DNA of 64,000 nucleotides from Aplysia californica (lineage: Eukaryota), in NCBI RefSeq assembly GCF_000002075.1, contig NW_004797315.1:2041281-2105280 (forward strand), in the 5' to 3' direction. Made by a program: the position numbers and the translations under genes. Below the pieces are notes generated by a model. The model was not told the origin of the DNA, ran no database searches, and saw nothing but the letters and a program-made list of their open reading frames with translations. This document shows positions 49,201 through 59,720 of this stretch, in pieces. The number at the start of each line of letters is the position of its first letter. Position 1 is the first letter of the stretch.

Positions 49201-50311
49201 GTGTATATATAATATTATTTATGGCATGCCTCATGCCACTGTGATTGGTCATCAAGGTTGACCACTCTTTGCTTGCCATATGTCATAAATCCACCCAGGG
49301 GTCACGTCAGTTCATGGGTCACTGTAGATTCTTCCTTGGCTTCGTTGGCTAAGATCCCGTATTTTCCTTGCTTCCGAGCACTGGGATCTTAGGCGGAGAC
49401 TACTGCAGTAGAGAATCTTTGGTTACACTACACTTACTAGACTCTAGGAAACTATTGTATTTTGGTTTGCCGTGGGCGCCGTGGACTACACAGTGTGACC
49501 AAAATCTGTCAGACTACTACAATCAATTGAAACTGAAACTGTGTTCTCAATGTGTATCTAACAATTTTTAGGCTGCCTAAATTTCTTTTAAACTTTTTTT
49601 GGGTGGTTTTTGCTTAAGGCTACATTGATTCCTTGAGGATTTGTTAATGAAAAATTCAATGCACTTTTCCATTTCTATGCGGGCCATTTTCATCAATTTT
49701 ATGTTTTCTTAAGAGCAACTTTGTATCTACATTTTTCAATTTGGATACTCTTTCTGTAGAAATTTCCGACCTCTAGGACTGACTTACATTTGATCATATT
49801 GTCTTGCTCAAACAAGTTCTATTCATAATATCACTTACCCACTAGTTGCGTCTGTTCGTTTGGGTTGTTTTTTGTTCAACTTCACGGACCATTTCCACCG
49901 TTCAGTGCGTACATTGTATATTCAAATGCTTTGTATACTGTTTCCATTTTTAGTAATAAATAGCCTAATTTGTCAAATATACTGGATAAGTTATAAAATA
50001 TGATGTTTTGCATAAGCGCTGAAGTGTTTTAGCATATTAGCAGAAAGTACTCAAAATGTACTCATAAGTACTTTTTTAAAAAGTACTTGTACTCAAGTAC
50101 ATTTTATAGGAAAGTACTTTTACTGTACTTAAGTATATTTTTTAGATTGTACTTAAATTTGTACTTAAGTACTTTTTAAAAAGTACTTTAACAGCTCTGT
50201 TTGTGACCTTGTGTTCTTCCTCCATTTAATCAACAGGGCAAAGCAATTCGGAGAAAGCAAGAAATTCACAGGATATGCGAGAGCAACAGAGCTTTTGCCC
50301 ACTTACGATGA
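37211..50311 (+). CDS. MRPS7: Mitochondrial ribosomal protein S7 (uS7m, 241 aa); exons 37211-37317, 42611-42781, 43211-43274, 44483-44653, 45705-45842, 50237-50311
   Basis: Six GT-AG exons, phases 2,2,0,0,0, total 726 nt. Presequence-like N-terminus and motifs YNPKYVEP, PIKAP, KFTNMMMKAGNK, IECNP..NCKP..KGGVAYRVPV, FRAMKWII, NQGKAIRRKQEIHRICESNRAFAHLR. Confidence 0.95.
37612..38464 (-). mobile_element. piggyBac-like MITE (short form)
   Basis: TTAA on both sides, TIR CTCTTATCCTGCG / CGCAGGATGAGGG. Colinear with 25468-26275. Confidence 0.8.
38475..39477. mobile_element. MULE-like family A, copy 2 (with nested MITE)
   Basis: Perfect 9-bp TSD TAAAAATTT. Colinear with 1301-2050. Confidence 0.85.
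38636..38874. mobile_element. Nested MITE with 8-bp TSD
   Basis: 22-bp perfect IR AAGATTGAAGAATACCGGACCA and GAATTCTG duplicated. Absent from copy 1, which shows the empty site. Confidence 0.8.
40101..40614. mobile_element. Foldback/MULE-like MITE
   Basis: ~100-bp imperfect TIR starting ACATGAAGCT(A/G)CAGCGAGCACCTAGCACA and 9-bp TSD GTTTACATG. Confidence 0.8.
40961..41887. mobile_element. pogo/Tigger-type element, inverted copy of 33558-34469
   Basis: TA-CAGTAG...CTACTG-TA; colinear reverse complement. Confidence 0.85.
44700..45165. repeat. Degenerate ~120-130-bp tandem repeat (x4) in MRPS7 intron 4
   Basis: Recurrent CATTCTTTCC..TCTT..TTATG..TGAT(A/T)GTG(C/T)CAAGAT units. Confidence 0.7.
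45925..46112 (+). mobile_element. I-group LINE C-terminal CCHC fragment
   Basis: Decayed C*CRTGS..TANHILQACPMHKAL zinc-knuckle-like reading. Confidence 0.5.
46141..46620 (+). mobile_element. tRNA-derived SINE
   Basis: A-box TGGCCTAGAGG and B-box GGTTTGAATCC at tRNA-like spacing. Downstream GCACGTTAAAGA resembles Nin/Deu-type central domains. 3' boundary approximate. Confidence 0.6.
47534..47846 (-). mobile_element. piggyBac-like MITE, copy 3 (truncated by N gap)
   Basis: Ends GCAGGATGAGGG-TTAA. Colinear with ~38155-38464. Confidence 0.75.
48476..50199. mobile_element. hAT-like non-autonomous element containing a partial Tigger-type element (48673-49405)
   Basis: CAGAGCTG..CAGCTCTG termini, perfect 8-bp TSD TTTGTGAC and dense AGTAC/GTACT subterminal repeats at both ends. 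Confidence 0.85.
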
Positions 50312-50610
50312 CACCTTTCTCACTGTTTTTTTTGTTGTTTGTTTGAGTTTTTAAGAGTGTGCATGTTGAGAGATGAAGAGATATTTCCTTTTGTTTTCAT
50401 GACAGGGACTTACTGGCCCATCAATAGAGGCAAAAAGAGAAATCATGTCATTAACATGATTAACTGTCATGGTGCTTGAAAAGTTCAACCTCCTGGGCAT
50501 AGGCCTACATTGTTCCAGTAATGAAGGCCGCAAAGGGTTTGTGTTTTTTTGGCAGAGAAATATTTTACCATCAGTGTGTGTAGGTGTACCGTACCCTCTC
50601 TAAAGCTATA

Positions 50611-51110
50611 CAGTGGAGACCTGATATAACGGGTGGTGGGACCAGAGACAGAAATGCAAGGGAAGTAAGCATTTGTGGACTAATCCAGCTGTATTTATTC
50701 ATGGGTGGTTTCCCTTGCCGTATGTACCCACGAACAGCACACAGCACCCCTCTCTGGTGGCCATGTGGCAGGCCTGCGCATGACACATTACGCGTGCGTG
50801 TAGCTAGGCTTTGGGCTAGATCAAAGTCTGCGGCACACAGCAGCCCTCTCTAGCTTCACCCGCTGCGTGTGCTTGCAGTGGCGTGGCTTGCGTAGGCTTG
50901 CTCAATCACTGCGTTACTCTCTCTCTCTTACCTTTTACACATTGTTAACGAGCATTTGTCCCTGCTATAACCGATTGGGCTCCGATGAGGTCCTGTTAAT
51001 ACCGATAACTTTTAATAGAGACAAAGAGTGGGAAAAAACGGGAATTTAAAAAATCCCTGTGTTTACTGGATCCCTGTTATTTGCGGGCCTGTTATATATG
51101 GTTTCCACTG
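50611..51110. mobile_element. pogo/Tigger-type MITE (related to 57502-58169)
   Basis: TA-CAGTGGA(G/A)ACC..ATATAAC termini and shared internal sequence. Confidence 0.75.
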
Positions 51111-52258
51111 TAATTAGTAAGGAAATAGTACAAAATATTAAATAGTCTTTGAATGCTCATACGTTGGATTAGATCACCACAGCTGTGTGGACAAAAAAGC
51201 CTGTAAGCCTGTCACTGTATTTTCTAGTTTGCAACTAATTAGAAATGGTACTATGGCTGCTCTGCTTTCTTTTGTTTAGAGCAACTGCAGTGACAACTAC
51301 ATAGGGATTGTATGATGTAAAGTGAAGAATGCTTTTTGAAATGTCAGTGCGTTCTTTTCATCTTTTTACTCAAAAGAAAGGGGAACACTTGTAGGTTTTG
51401 TGTGTGTATGAGTATGTGATGTGCGCTCGTGAGTATGAACTAGTGCAAGAAGTGTGATCATTTTATCATTTTTCATGAAAATCTATACTTCACATGTTTT
51501 AATTAAAATGACTGATGACAGATATATGGGACTTTTGGGGTTTTTCTTTTGTTTTTGCCTTTTGTCTTCATTGCAAAAGTTGGTAATATTTTGGCCTGCT
51601 AATCTTGGATACTGTAGTCAATTGTAGATTTATCTACCATTCTTTTGTTTACAAGAATTTGACAGCTGTGTTGACTGTTGAACAGTTTACATGCGACAAA
51701 TGCAACAAGCCCATACTCTGCCAAGAAAAGTCCTTTATTTTAAGAATTCACAACATTTTTGGCAAAAACGAGTCATTCAAATCTGAGGAGATTCTGTGGT
51801 CAGTACAAAGTACAGCGCTGGAATCAGGATGTGCTGAGCCAATGAAATTGGTTGTCTAAATTTTTATGACTATCCGCTCTCTGGCTACACTCCAGTCACT
51901 TTAGCCAGCTTTGCATCTCTATTTTTTTTTCAATATATGCCTAGCAAGTTTCAAAGAACATCCACCCTTTCACGAAGGGAAGAAGAAGACAAAAAATATT
52001 AATAATGCCACCCCTCTCTGTTATGTGGAAATACTTACAACAAATCATGCACCAGCTTACATTTGTGAAGTAAAGAGTGGGCATGTGTCGCACTGCAGTG
52101 AGATTGAAAAAGATAACCTTTTGATATATTACATGCCAGAGTTGGCCTTCTGTGACTGCTTTGAGAAACAAATCTAAAAAATAAAAACGAAATTGTGGTA
52201 GCCGGTACATCCTAGGCCTAGGACTCACAAGTGCAAGACAACATTTGGTCGCTTTTAA

Positions 52259-52477
52259 GAACAAGAGGGCTAACCCAGATTTCGGGGGTTACCAGAAATC
52301 TTGACCTACACCAAAAGTGGACATCGCCCTACCTGTAGAAGTTTGGTTTCATTGGTGTGTATATTTCTTTGGTTAAAGAGAAAACTCTCCTGGTCTTTAA
52401 AAGAAACTGAAGAAGGGTCCAAAAACTTTAACTTTGATTTTCTCAAAACAGCATTTTTCGGGATAGCCCCCTTGTGC
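52259..52477. mobile_element. TTAA-flanked MITE (superfamily uncertain)
   Basis: TIR GAACAAGAGGGCTA / TAGCCCCCTTGTGC with TTAA on both sides. Confidence 0.55.
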
Positions 52478-54132
52478 TTAAAAGCGACCATATAAAATAT
52501 GACCATTGATAGAAAGTGGAGAAGACTGTCTCTAGTCAACTTGCTCTCAAACTACACTTCGCAATGTGTGTTATCGTTTATACTTTTTTTTAAAACAACT
52601 TTCATTCACTTTGGAAAGGTTTTTCTGACCACAGGCTGGCATTAATTATACAGCTAAGCTACATACTACATGTACAACTATAGTTATGACCAACGTTGTT
52701 CCCGATGTCACCTGCCATCTAATCTACCTTTTTTCTTTCATTTTCATCCTTGCTAAAAAGTACAATTCCATGACTCAAGAAACAACATGGGTGATTGGCA
52801 GGTGCTGTGGTATGGTTCACGCATTTCTTATAAATCAAACATCTGTTGTCCTTTTTTCTTCTTCTATTTTTTTTACTCTCTAGTAACAGTTCTAATATAC
52901 AGCACTTACATGACCTTTATTTGAGTTGCTAGTAATGTGAAATTCTTACTGTACGAAGACTAAAACAGAAACACCCATCAAGTGTAAGTGTAAGAAGCAG
53001 ACTAACATTAACAACACATTTATTATCTTATATCTTTCTTTTACTTTTTGAACCTATATATATGGCCAGAAAACCAGCTCATGGTGTACATTCGTTAAGC
53101 CAGAGGATGGTGATTCAATTGAGAAAAATGTTTTAAAAAGTTCGGGATTCAGAGGATCTGGCCATGGTTAACTCATTGAGGACACGCAGTCTGGTCATTC
53201 GGCAAAACAAGTTGAAGAGACGCTGTTTTGGGGTACGACTTAACAAAAAAAGAAATAAAAAATAGGCCTATAACTAGATCTAACTATAACTTAACTTTAT
53301 CATTCAAACAGATTTTTAAAAAAATTGTTTTCATTTTTTAATCTTAAAACTTAAAAAAGCAGTCAACAACTTGGATACACACTATGAAATACAAGCAAAT
53401 TCATGTTTCTGATTTGTGTCTGATGGTTCTAAATGTGCGGCTACTTTGCCTTTGGTCTGCTGCTGATCAGACATATGTGTCCACTACATCCTCAAATGAC
53501 TGATGTCATTGCTGGTCTATGGGGTAAAGGACAGGCTTTTCTCTGTTGCATATAGTCTGAAGTTGGATTTTCGCAAGGCAAAGATTATTTCATCGAGTCT
53601 TCGTTTTTATAATCAGGGGCTGTATCACACACAGCATGGATTTGGCCCTGACAGGCAGGGTCAACAGAGTAGCCTCCCTTCTAAATTAGTCTGAATAAAC
53701 TAAATTATAATTATAATAAATACAAATACAAGTCATGTACTGTGGAGTCCACAAACACTTTTAATCTAAAAATAGCAGTTAAATGAAAGAAAATAAATTC
53801 CCCAATTTTTTTTCTTCTACATGTATATGAGCAACCTCTCTAAACCGAAAAACCCAGCTAAACCAAAGAATATCCAGAAGTCCTGCAGACTTCGGATTAT
53901 TAAGCAGACTCCACTGTAGTGTTAATGGAGGTGTAAAAACTTTCTTTTCAAATCAAACCAAAATGCTGATGAGAAGTGGACCACTACAACGGAGTTAAGT
54001 GTAACATTGCAAAAAAATTAAACAGATGATCTCTAAAAACTTTTGTCTCAAATCCATAGTTTTATTAATTAAAAAGCCTCTCGTCAAATTGATGCATTAT
54101 CCATCTCAAAGCAAAGTCCTTTCTATCAAGAC

Positions 54133-54345
54133 TGCCCTGGTGGCATTGGTAGCCCAGTGGTTAGACTTAGACTACCAGATGTGTAATCGTGAGATTGCGG
54201 GTTCGGGGGTTTGAGCCTCAGCTCGGTCCAACGTTGTGCCCTTGGGAAAGGCACTTAACACAAATTTTCCTCTTGGCTCGGTCCTTTCAGAGGTGGACTC
54301 GAAGGCGTCCTAACAGTGTTGACAGGGATGTAAAACCTACACCAT
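54133..54345 (+). mobile_element. CORE-type SINE (head plus core)
   Basis: TAGCCCAGTGG A-box, GGTTCG, then TTGTGCCCTTGGGAAAGGCACTTAAC. Confidence 0.65.
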
Positions 54346-54984
54346 TTCACTATTTCAAGTCTGCCCTGCGAGGACTCCATCTTATCTCTTTCACCCTAGC
54401 ACAAAATGTGTTCCTGTCTTGAATTTCAGTGGTTAAAGGATGCCACTGGAGAGGTTTATTTCTTTACCTCTGTTGTTTCATTCCAGCTTTTAGCACTACT
54501 AAATGATCATGATTGTGTCAATATGCTTCTCACTACCGAAATGGAACCTAACTTGGTAGGTGTTGCACCCATCAGCCATAGTTCAATCCAAAGTTTCCAC
54601 ACACGTTGCATGGTTCCTCGGAATAAGTCAATTCAAAAGGAAGACCTTATTATATTCATCAAAGGAGCCTTCATCGTACATGTACTTTTAGAAAATCTCT
54701 TTAAAAATCCCAGAAATTTCCCAAACTACATAAGCAATAAAGTAGACCTATGACAGCACAATGAAATATATAGGGGTTTTTAGTTCTCGTAAGAATTTTT
54801 TTTAACAGCATTTGCAACACAAATAGATCATAAAGGTGCTGAAATTGAGTTTTATGTCACTGACTAAAATACTGTTTGTTTTGGAGATTTTCAAAACCGA
54901 AAATACACTTTCTGGCACTTATTCTCAATACCTGAAGCTTTTAGGGAAAATCTTCACCCAATCAAAAAAAAAATATGTACAGTA

Positions 54985-55834
54985 CAGTCAAATCCCGTTA
55001 CACTGCCTAACTTGGAACAAGCATGAAATTGGCGTTACAGCAGGGCTGGTTGTACAATGGGATAGCACCAATTGCCATTTTGACTAATGGTTGACTGGTA
55101 TATATAGTGACTATAGAGACAAACTGTGACAAGTCTTCTTTCATCTAGATCTGTCTTGCGTGATTGCCATGCGCAGAGGAAAAATGAGTAGCCACCAATT
55201 GCATGTATTGCTCAATCTGAACTTCACATAAATTCAAATTGAAATTTTTTTGCCAGATCAGAAGCTAGGCGATATGTGTCAAGGACCCCATAATCCGATA
55301 CTCGTCTGTCCTCAAGACACCTAAGACCGAGAACGTAGACTTAAGCGTGAGTCCTCACCTTATAGAAGTCTCAAGGGCGCCTGCCACTGCCAGCCTTTCA
55401 CTTTTAGTCATTGGGCTGATATCTGGCGAAGCCATATATTTTGCTAAACGGCCACGGTAGCGCAGTTCCTTTGAAGTTTCTCCAGGTCACTTTAGAATTA
55501 CATTCCCTTTTCTAATATAAAATAGACAAAGCCTACAAATAAAAGTTTTCTCATAATCAGAAAATTAGAAGCATCGGAGACAAATGCTAAGCGGAACTCG
55601 CAGAGACGTTTGGGAAATGTAGGCCTACTATCAAGTAGCCACTGAGAGGATGCCATGCCCCGAGTGTAGTGTGTACCTCTGGCGACCAATTCTCAGACAG
55701 GTGGCGGATGGTGGAGTAAAGGCGCAAATACCATGTATGTTCATATAAGCGTTCCCTTTCAAGCAAAACCTGGCGGTAAGCGGGACAGGCAGTATAACGG
55801 ACCGGGGGAGGGGGGTAGCAACAAGGTTTGACTG
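54985..55834. mobile_element. pogo/Tigger-type non-autonomous element
   Basis: TA-CAGTCAAA...TTTGACTG-TA termini with weak extended TIR. Confidence 0.55.
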
Positions 55835-56343
55835 TACATAGTATTATGATTATTATGAATACTGTGACAGTTTTGTATTCAGTGACATAAACTTCATTAT
55901 CTTTCTGTTATTATGTATACAAATAAACTGTTAATCAGGAAAGCAAACAACTTGTTAAAAATTTAAAAACCATTTATTTTCGTATCACAAAAGACATGAA
56001 GTTCTGAAGTAGACTGAAGCATTCCCTGCACAGGTCTTTTCATGAACTGAAATACATTTCTGAATTGTACATGAAGAAACTTCCAATCATCAATTCAGTT
56101 GTGATTCATCTACAGTTCATCCCCAACCATGGAATGGGTATACCTCTTAGCAGCATTTTTAGTTTGTGTGATTTTGTCATTGACACAACATTTATTCCTA
56201 CTCTTTAACTTCAACACAACAACATTAAACCTAAAGCCACTCATTCTGATTAAACGACACTGATCCTTTTAAATGCAGCAAAGAGGTCATACTGGTGGAT
56301 TAAAACATTAATTTTAAAATTTGAATGCACAAGTGTCACTTAA

Positions 56344-56562
56344 TCAGCCTTTCAACTTCTTTTTCAATCCTGCTTCCATACACTTCCGAAATTCTGTGAC
56401 CGTCTGTTGACACTGTCGCCAGTCCTGCTTCTCCGCCATACACTCTTGCACAGCATAATGAAGCTTGAGACAGCCAGTCTTTTCAATCATGGTGATGACC
56501 GGATCATCCTCTTCTTCCTCCTCTGGCTTCCTCGTTCTGTCGTGGGCAGGGGGTTGAGCCAT
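56344..56562 (-). CDS. COA4: Cytochrome c oxidase assembly factor 4 (CHCHD8), 72 aa
   Basis: Twin CX9C motif with COA4 signature EEEDDPV..MIEKTGC..LHYAVQECMAE.QDWRQCQ..V.EFRKCM. Single coding exon. AATAAA on the minus strand at 55973-55978. Probable non-coding upstream exon with donor at ~58740. Confidence 0.95.
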   Translation of the reverse strand: MAQPPAHDRTRKPEEEEEDDPVITMIEKTGCLKLHYAVQECMAEKQDWRQCQQTVTEFRKCMEAGLKKKLKG

Positions 56563-57215
56563 TGTTGATAGTTGTTCTAAATCCTAGGCTTCCAGATGTT
56601 GCACACAGGAGAGGTTCTGGGGAGTACATTATTCATTTAATATTGATAATAATTTCCAGTAGCATTTATTGCTGCCATAAAAATATCATTATAATATGAA
56701 AACCACAGCATTTGATTTCATCTGGAGATCAAAAGAATGGTACAAATTTGTGATTATTTTACATTCCACATAGAATCTAATCTGCATTAAAAAAAACTCA
56801 CTTTGACTCTTTGTTAAATCTTTTAAGTTCAGATAATTCTTCAACCAGCACATTATCTCACTTGAGCCTATTCCCGTGTATTTAGGATGCACTGCCAGCC
56901 CGGTGGCCCAATCTCGTGTATTTACTGGGTGCGCTTTATCGATCGATAATTATCTCCTGTGTTTTTCGGTTACAAGCTTCGGGAAGCAGCGAGACAACTG
57001 TTGACCCACTTGTCTTCTTATGTTAATAATTTGGTGAAGTCAGTTATTTGCGATATTTTTTTAGCTGTAAGAGACTAAATCAGTCATTTCACCGCCATAA
57101 TAAGCTGTCCACCACGGAGGTAACCACTTATTAACCAAAACCCAAAAGTACCTGTCCAAGATAGCCACTTAAATGATCTCTCCTCACACAATGTAGTGCC
57201 ATTTAAAATAAGTTA

Positions 57216-58472
57216 CAGTAGTCTCCGCCTAAACGCACAGTGTTCGGGAGAGCTCCCTAGTGTGTGTTTATACGGAGCGTGCGTTTACATGATCCTTTGC
57301 AAGGGGAGGAAGGGACGCAGTCATGTCATTGCCTTATTACTCTACTGACCTCCCTTGGAAGGAGGGGGCCATTTTGGCAGATAATGTGACGACACGTGAC
57401 TGTTTTGTGAAGGATTCCACGACAGGGCTTAAGAATACAAAGGCGTTGAAAGGGGGGGGGGGGGGGGGGGGGAGAAAGACAAACTCAATTAAATTAATAT
57501 ACAGTGGAAACCTGATATAACAGTGATGGTGGGAGTAGAGAAAAAGTCCTGTTATATCCGATCCCTGTTAAATCAGAACTGCTAGGAAAGTAAGCATTTG
57601 TGGACTAATCTAGCTGTACTTATTCATGGGTAGTTGCCCCAGCCACAAATACCCACGAACAAGGGTTTTGGCACTAACTTTCTCCTTGCCTCCTTAAACC
57701 ACATCAGCATCGGGTAGTCTCATCTCCTTTCTATCCAGAGCAAACTTTCCATTGGAGTATGCTGCCACTATCTTCTCTCTATCCTTGATAATGGTGTGAA
57801 TCGGCCCTTGTGGAATGTCGAACTGACGACAAATCTCTGTCAGTGGAGCTTGCTTTTTGTCAACAGTCTGGATTATTTCGTATTTTTTGTCAATTGAAAG
57901 GCATTTTCTCTTGCGCTTGACATCGTTGGTGACCATAATGAAAGAAGTAGGCTTAGATCGAGGCCGACCGATTGTCCTCTCTCTCTCCCTCTCTCTCTCT
58001 CTCTTACTTTTTACACATTGTTAATGAGCCTTTGTCCCTGCTATAACCGATTGGACTGCGATGAGGCCCTGTTATTGCCGATAACTTTTAATAGAGACAA
58101 AGAGTAGGAAAAAACGGGGATTTTAAACATCCCTGTTATTACCGGGCCTGTTATATATGGTTTCCACTGTATATGCACTGTAAACGTCGGGAACAGATAG
58201 CCTAAGAGGAAACTGTTGGTCATAGTCATAGAGACGACGGACCAGCCACGTGGCTTTCCAAGCGACCACCCCCGACCATTACTCTCTTTGTACAGTGTGA
58301 GGGGTATTCTCACACTTGTCGGCGTGTTTTGCGGATCGGTGCGTGCGTTTAAAGGGAGTGACCATGCGTTTGTACGTCTAAATTATGTAGTTAAAAAAAA
58401 CGTCAGATGACGAAAGCGTGCGTTTGAGCGGAGCGTGCTTTTGTATGGCGTGCGTTTAGGCGGAGACTACTG
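57216..58472. mobile_element. pogo/Tigger-type element with nested insertion
   Basis: Perfect TIR CAGTAGTCTCCGCCTAAACGCAC with TA TSD. Confidence 0.85.
57502..58169 (-). mobile_element. Nested Tigger/pogo deletion derivative retaining the N-terminal HTH (psq/CENP-B-like) ORF 57694-57936
   Basis: TA-flanked TIR CAGTGGAAACC..ATATAAC. ORF KRKRKCLSIDKKYEIIQ..LTEICRQFDIPQGPIHTIIKDREKI..RKEMR is typical of Tigger N-termini. Confidence 0.85.
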
Positions 58473-59619
58473 TATTTATCAGCCCTTGATGCTGTGGACA
58501 AGATGCCGTAATCCATTCACTTGTTATAGTTTGCCTGTCTTATTAAGTCTTATGAATGAATCAATTGCTGGCCAGTATGTTCTGCAAGTCCTTCCCACTC
58601 TTTACCCAAGTTGACCAGTTGGCAAGAAATTTTCAGCTGCTGGTGGGGGAAGAGTGCCAACTGTCATAACCCATTAGCTCCTTGTCGCTCCCACAACTCT
58701 CACCATTCACAAATCATATAAAAGTGAGATAAGTACTTACAACAGAAGAGTCATTGTTCACTGAGTAGAGTACAACTGCCTACCGCTGCTGCCATGTAAC
58801 TCAATTTTCATAACTCCCACCAAAAACGAATTAGAAACAATCTGATTGGTCTGAACCTTATTCCTAAACCACAGTCCCCTTCTTTGCTTTTGTCCAATCA
58901 CAATGATGCAAAGCAATCGGTGAAGGAATCATTTGATTGTATGTATGTGAGTGACTGAAATATCTCTAGAAATTGAATTTGATGCAAAAAAATGCTTCTT
59001 CCCAGTCCTCGCAGAATGGCAAAATGAAAGGATGACGCCTAAATCTCGCAAAGAACCCAAAAAATCTCGAGATTGGAAACCGTTCGGAGAAATAGAGTTC
59101 AACTTTATTTTCCCGAAAGTTCGGAGAAATAGTCACTTCGATAAAATAAACATTTTACATGGCCCTTCTATGGTAGATCTAGATATCTAGTCTAAAACCT
59201 GCAACCACCTCTGGTTGGAACCTCAGACTCAGAAGTAGAAGGGAAAGGTAAATTTTTCATTTTAATCAGTAGGCTGAGTAGGCCTACTGCCAAGACGGCT
59301 AGCCTCTTCACCTCCTCAACAAGTGGTGGGCCCGGGTGGCTGTCTACGTCCTAAATAAGAAACAAGAGTTCGCAGTATCCACACAAAGGAAAATGGATAG
59401 ATCTAGATCTAGATCTATATGATATACCGCAGGGTCTCGGTTCTTCTTCAACAGCTGCAAATAGAAGTATAGATCTAGATCTAGTATCATAATCAAGCTT
59501 ACACTGAAGTACCTATGGCAGGGTACAGGAGACTTGTAAGATCGAATGCAAAATAAGCAGCAAAATGACAATCCGCAGCTTGTGTCAAGGGAAGGTAAAA
59601 GGAAGCAATTTCGTAAGAA

Positions 59620-59720
59620 AGAACCTTGACAGGACTTCACTGGATAGAATACGAAAGTAAAACCAAGGAGGTCGCCATTTTGTACTATAAAAATATAGAC
59701 TGGGTTGTGGACAGCGCCGA
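59620..59720 (-). promoter_or_regulatory. Putative COA4 promoter / first non-coding exon
   Basis: YY1 motif CAAAATGGCGAC on the minus strand (~59671-59682) upstream of COA4, with TAGATC runs nearby as at the other promoters. Confidence 0.35.

Noticed and set aside
52400-52430. Minimal hammerhead CTGAAGA..AAAC
   Set aside because: Lacks the GAAA core and stems, and lies inside a TTAA-flanked MITE.
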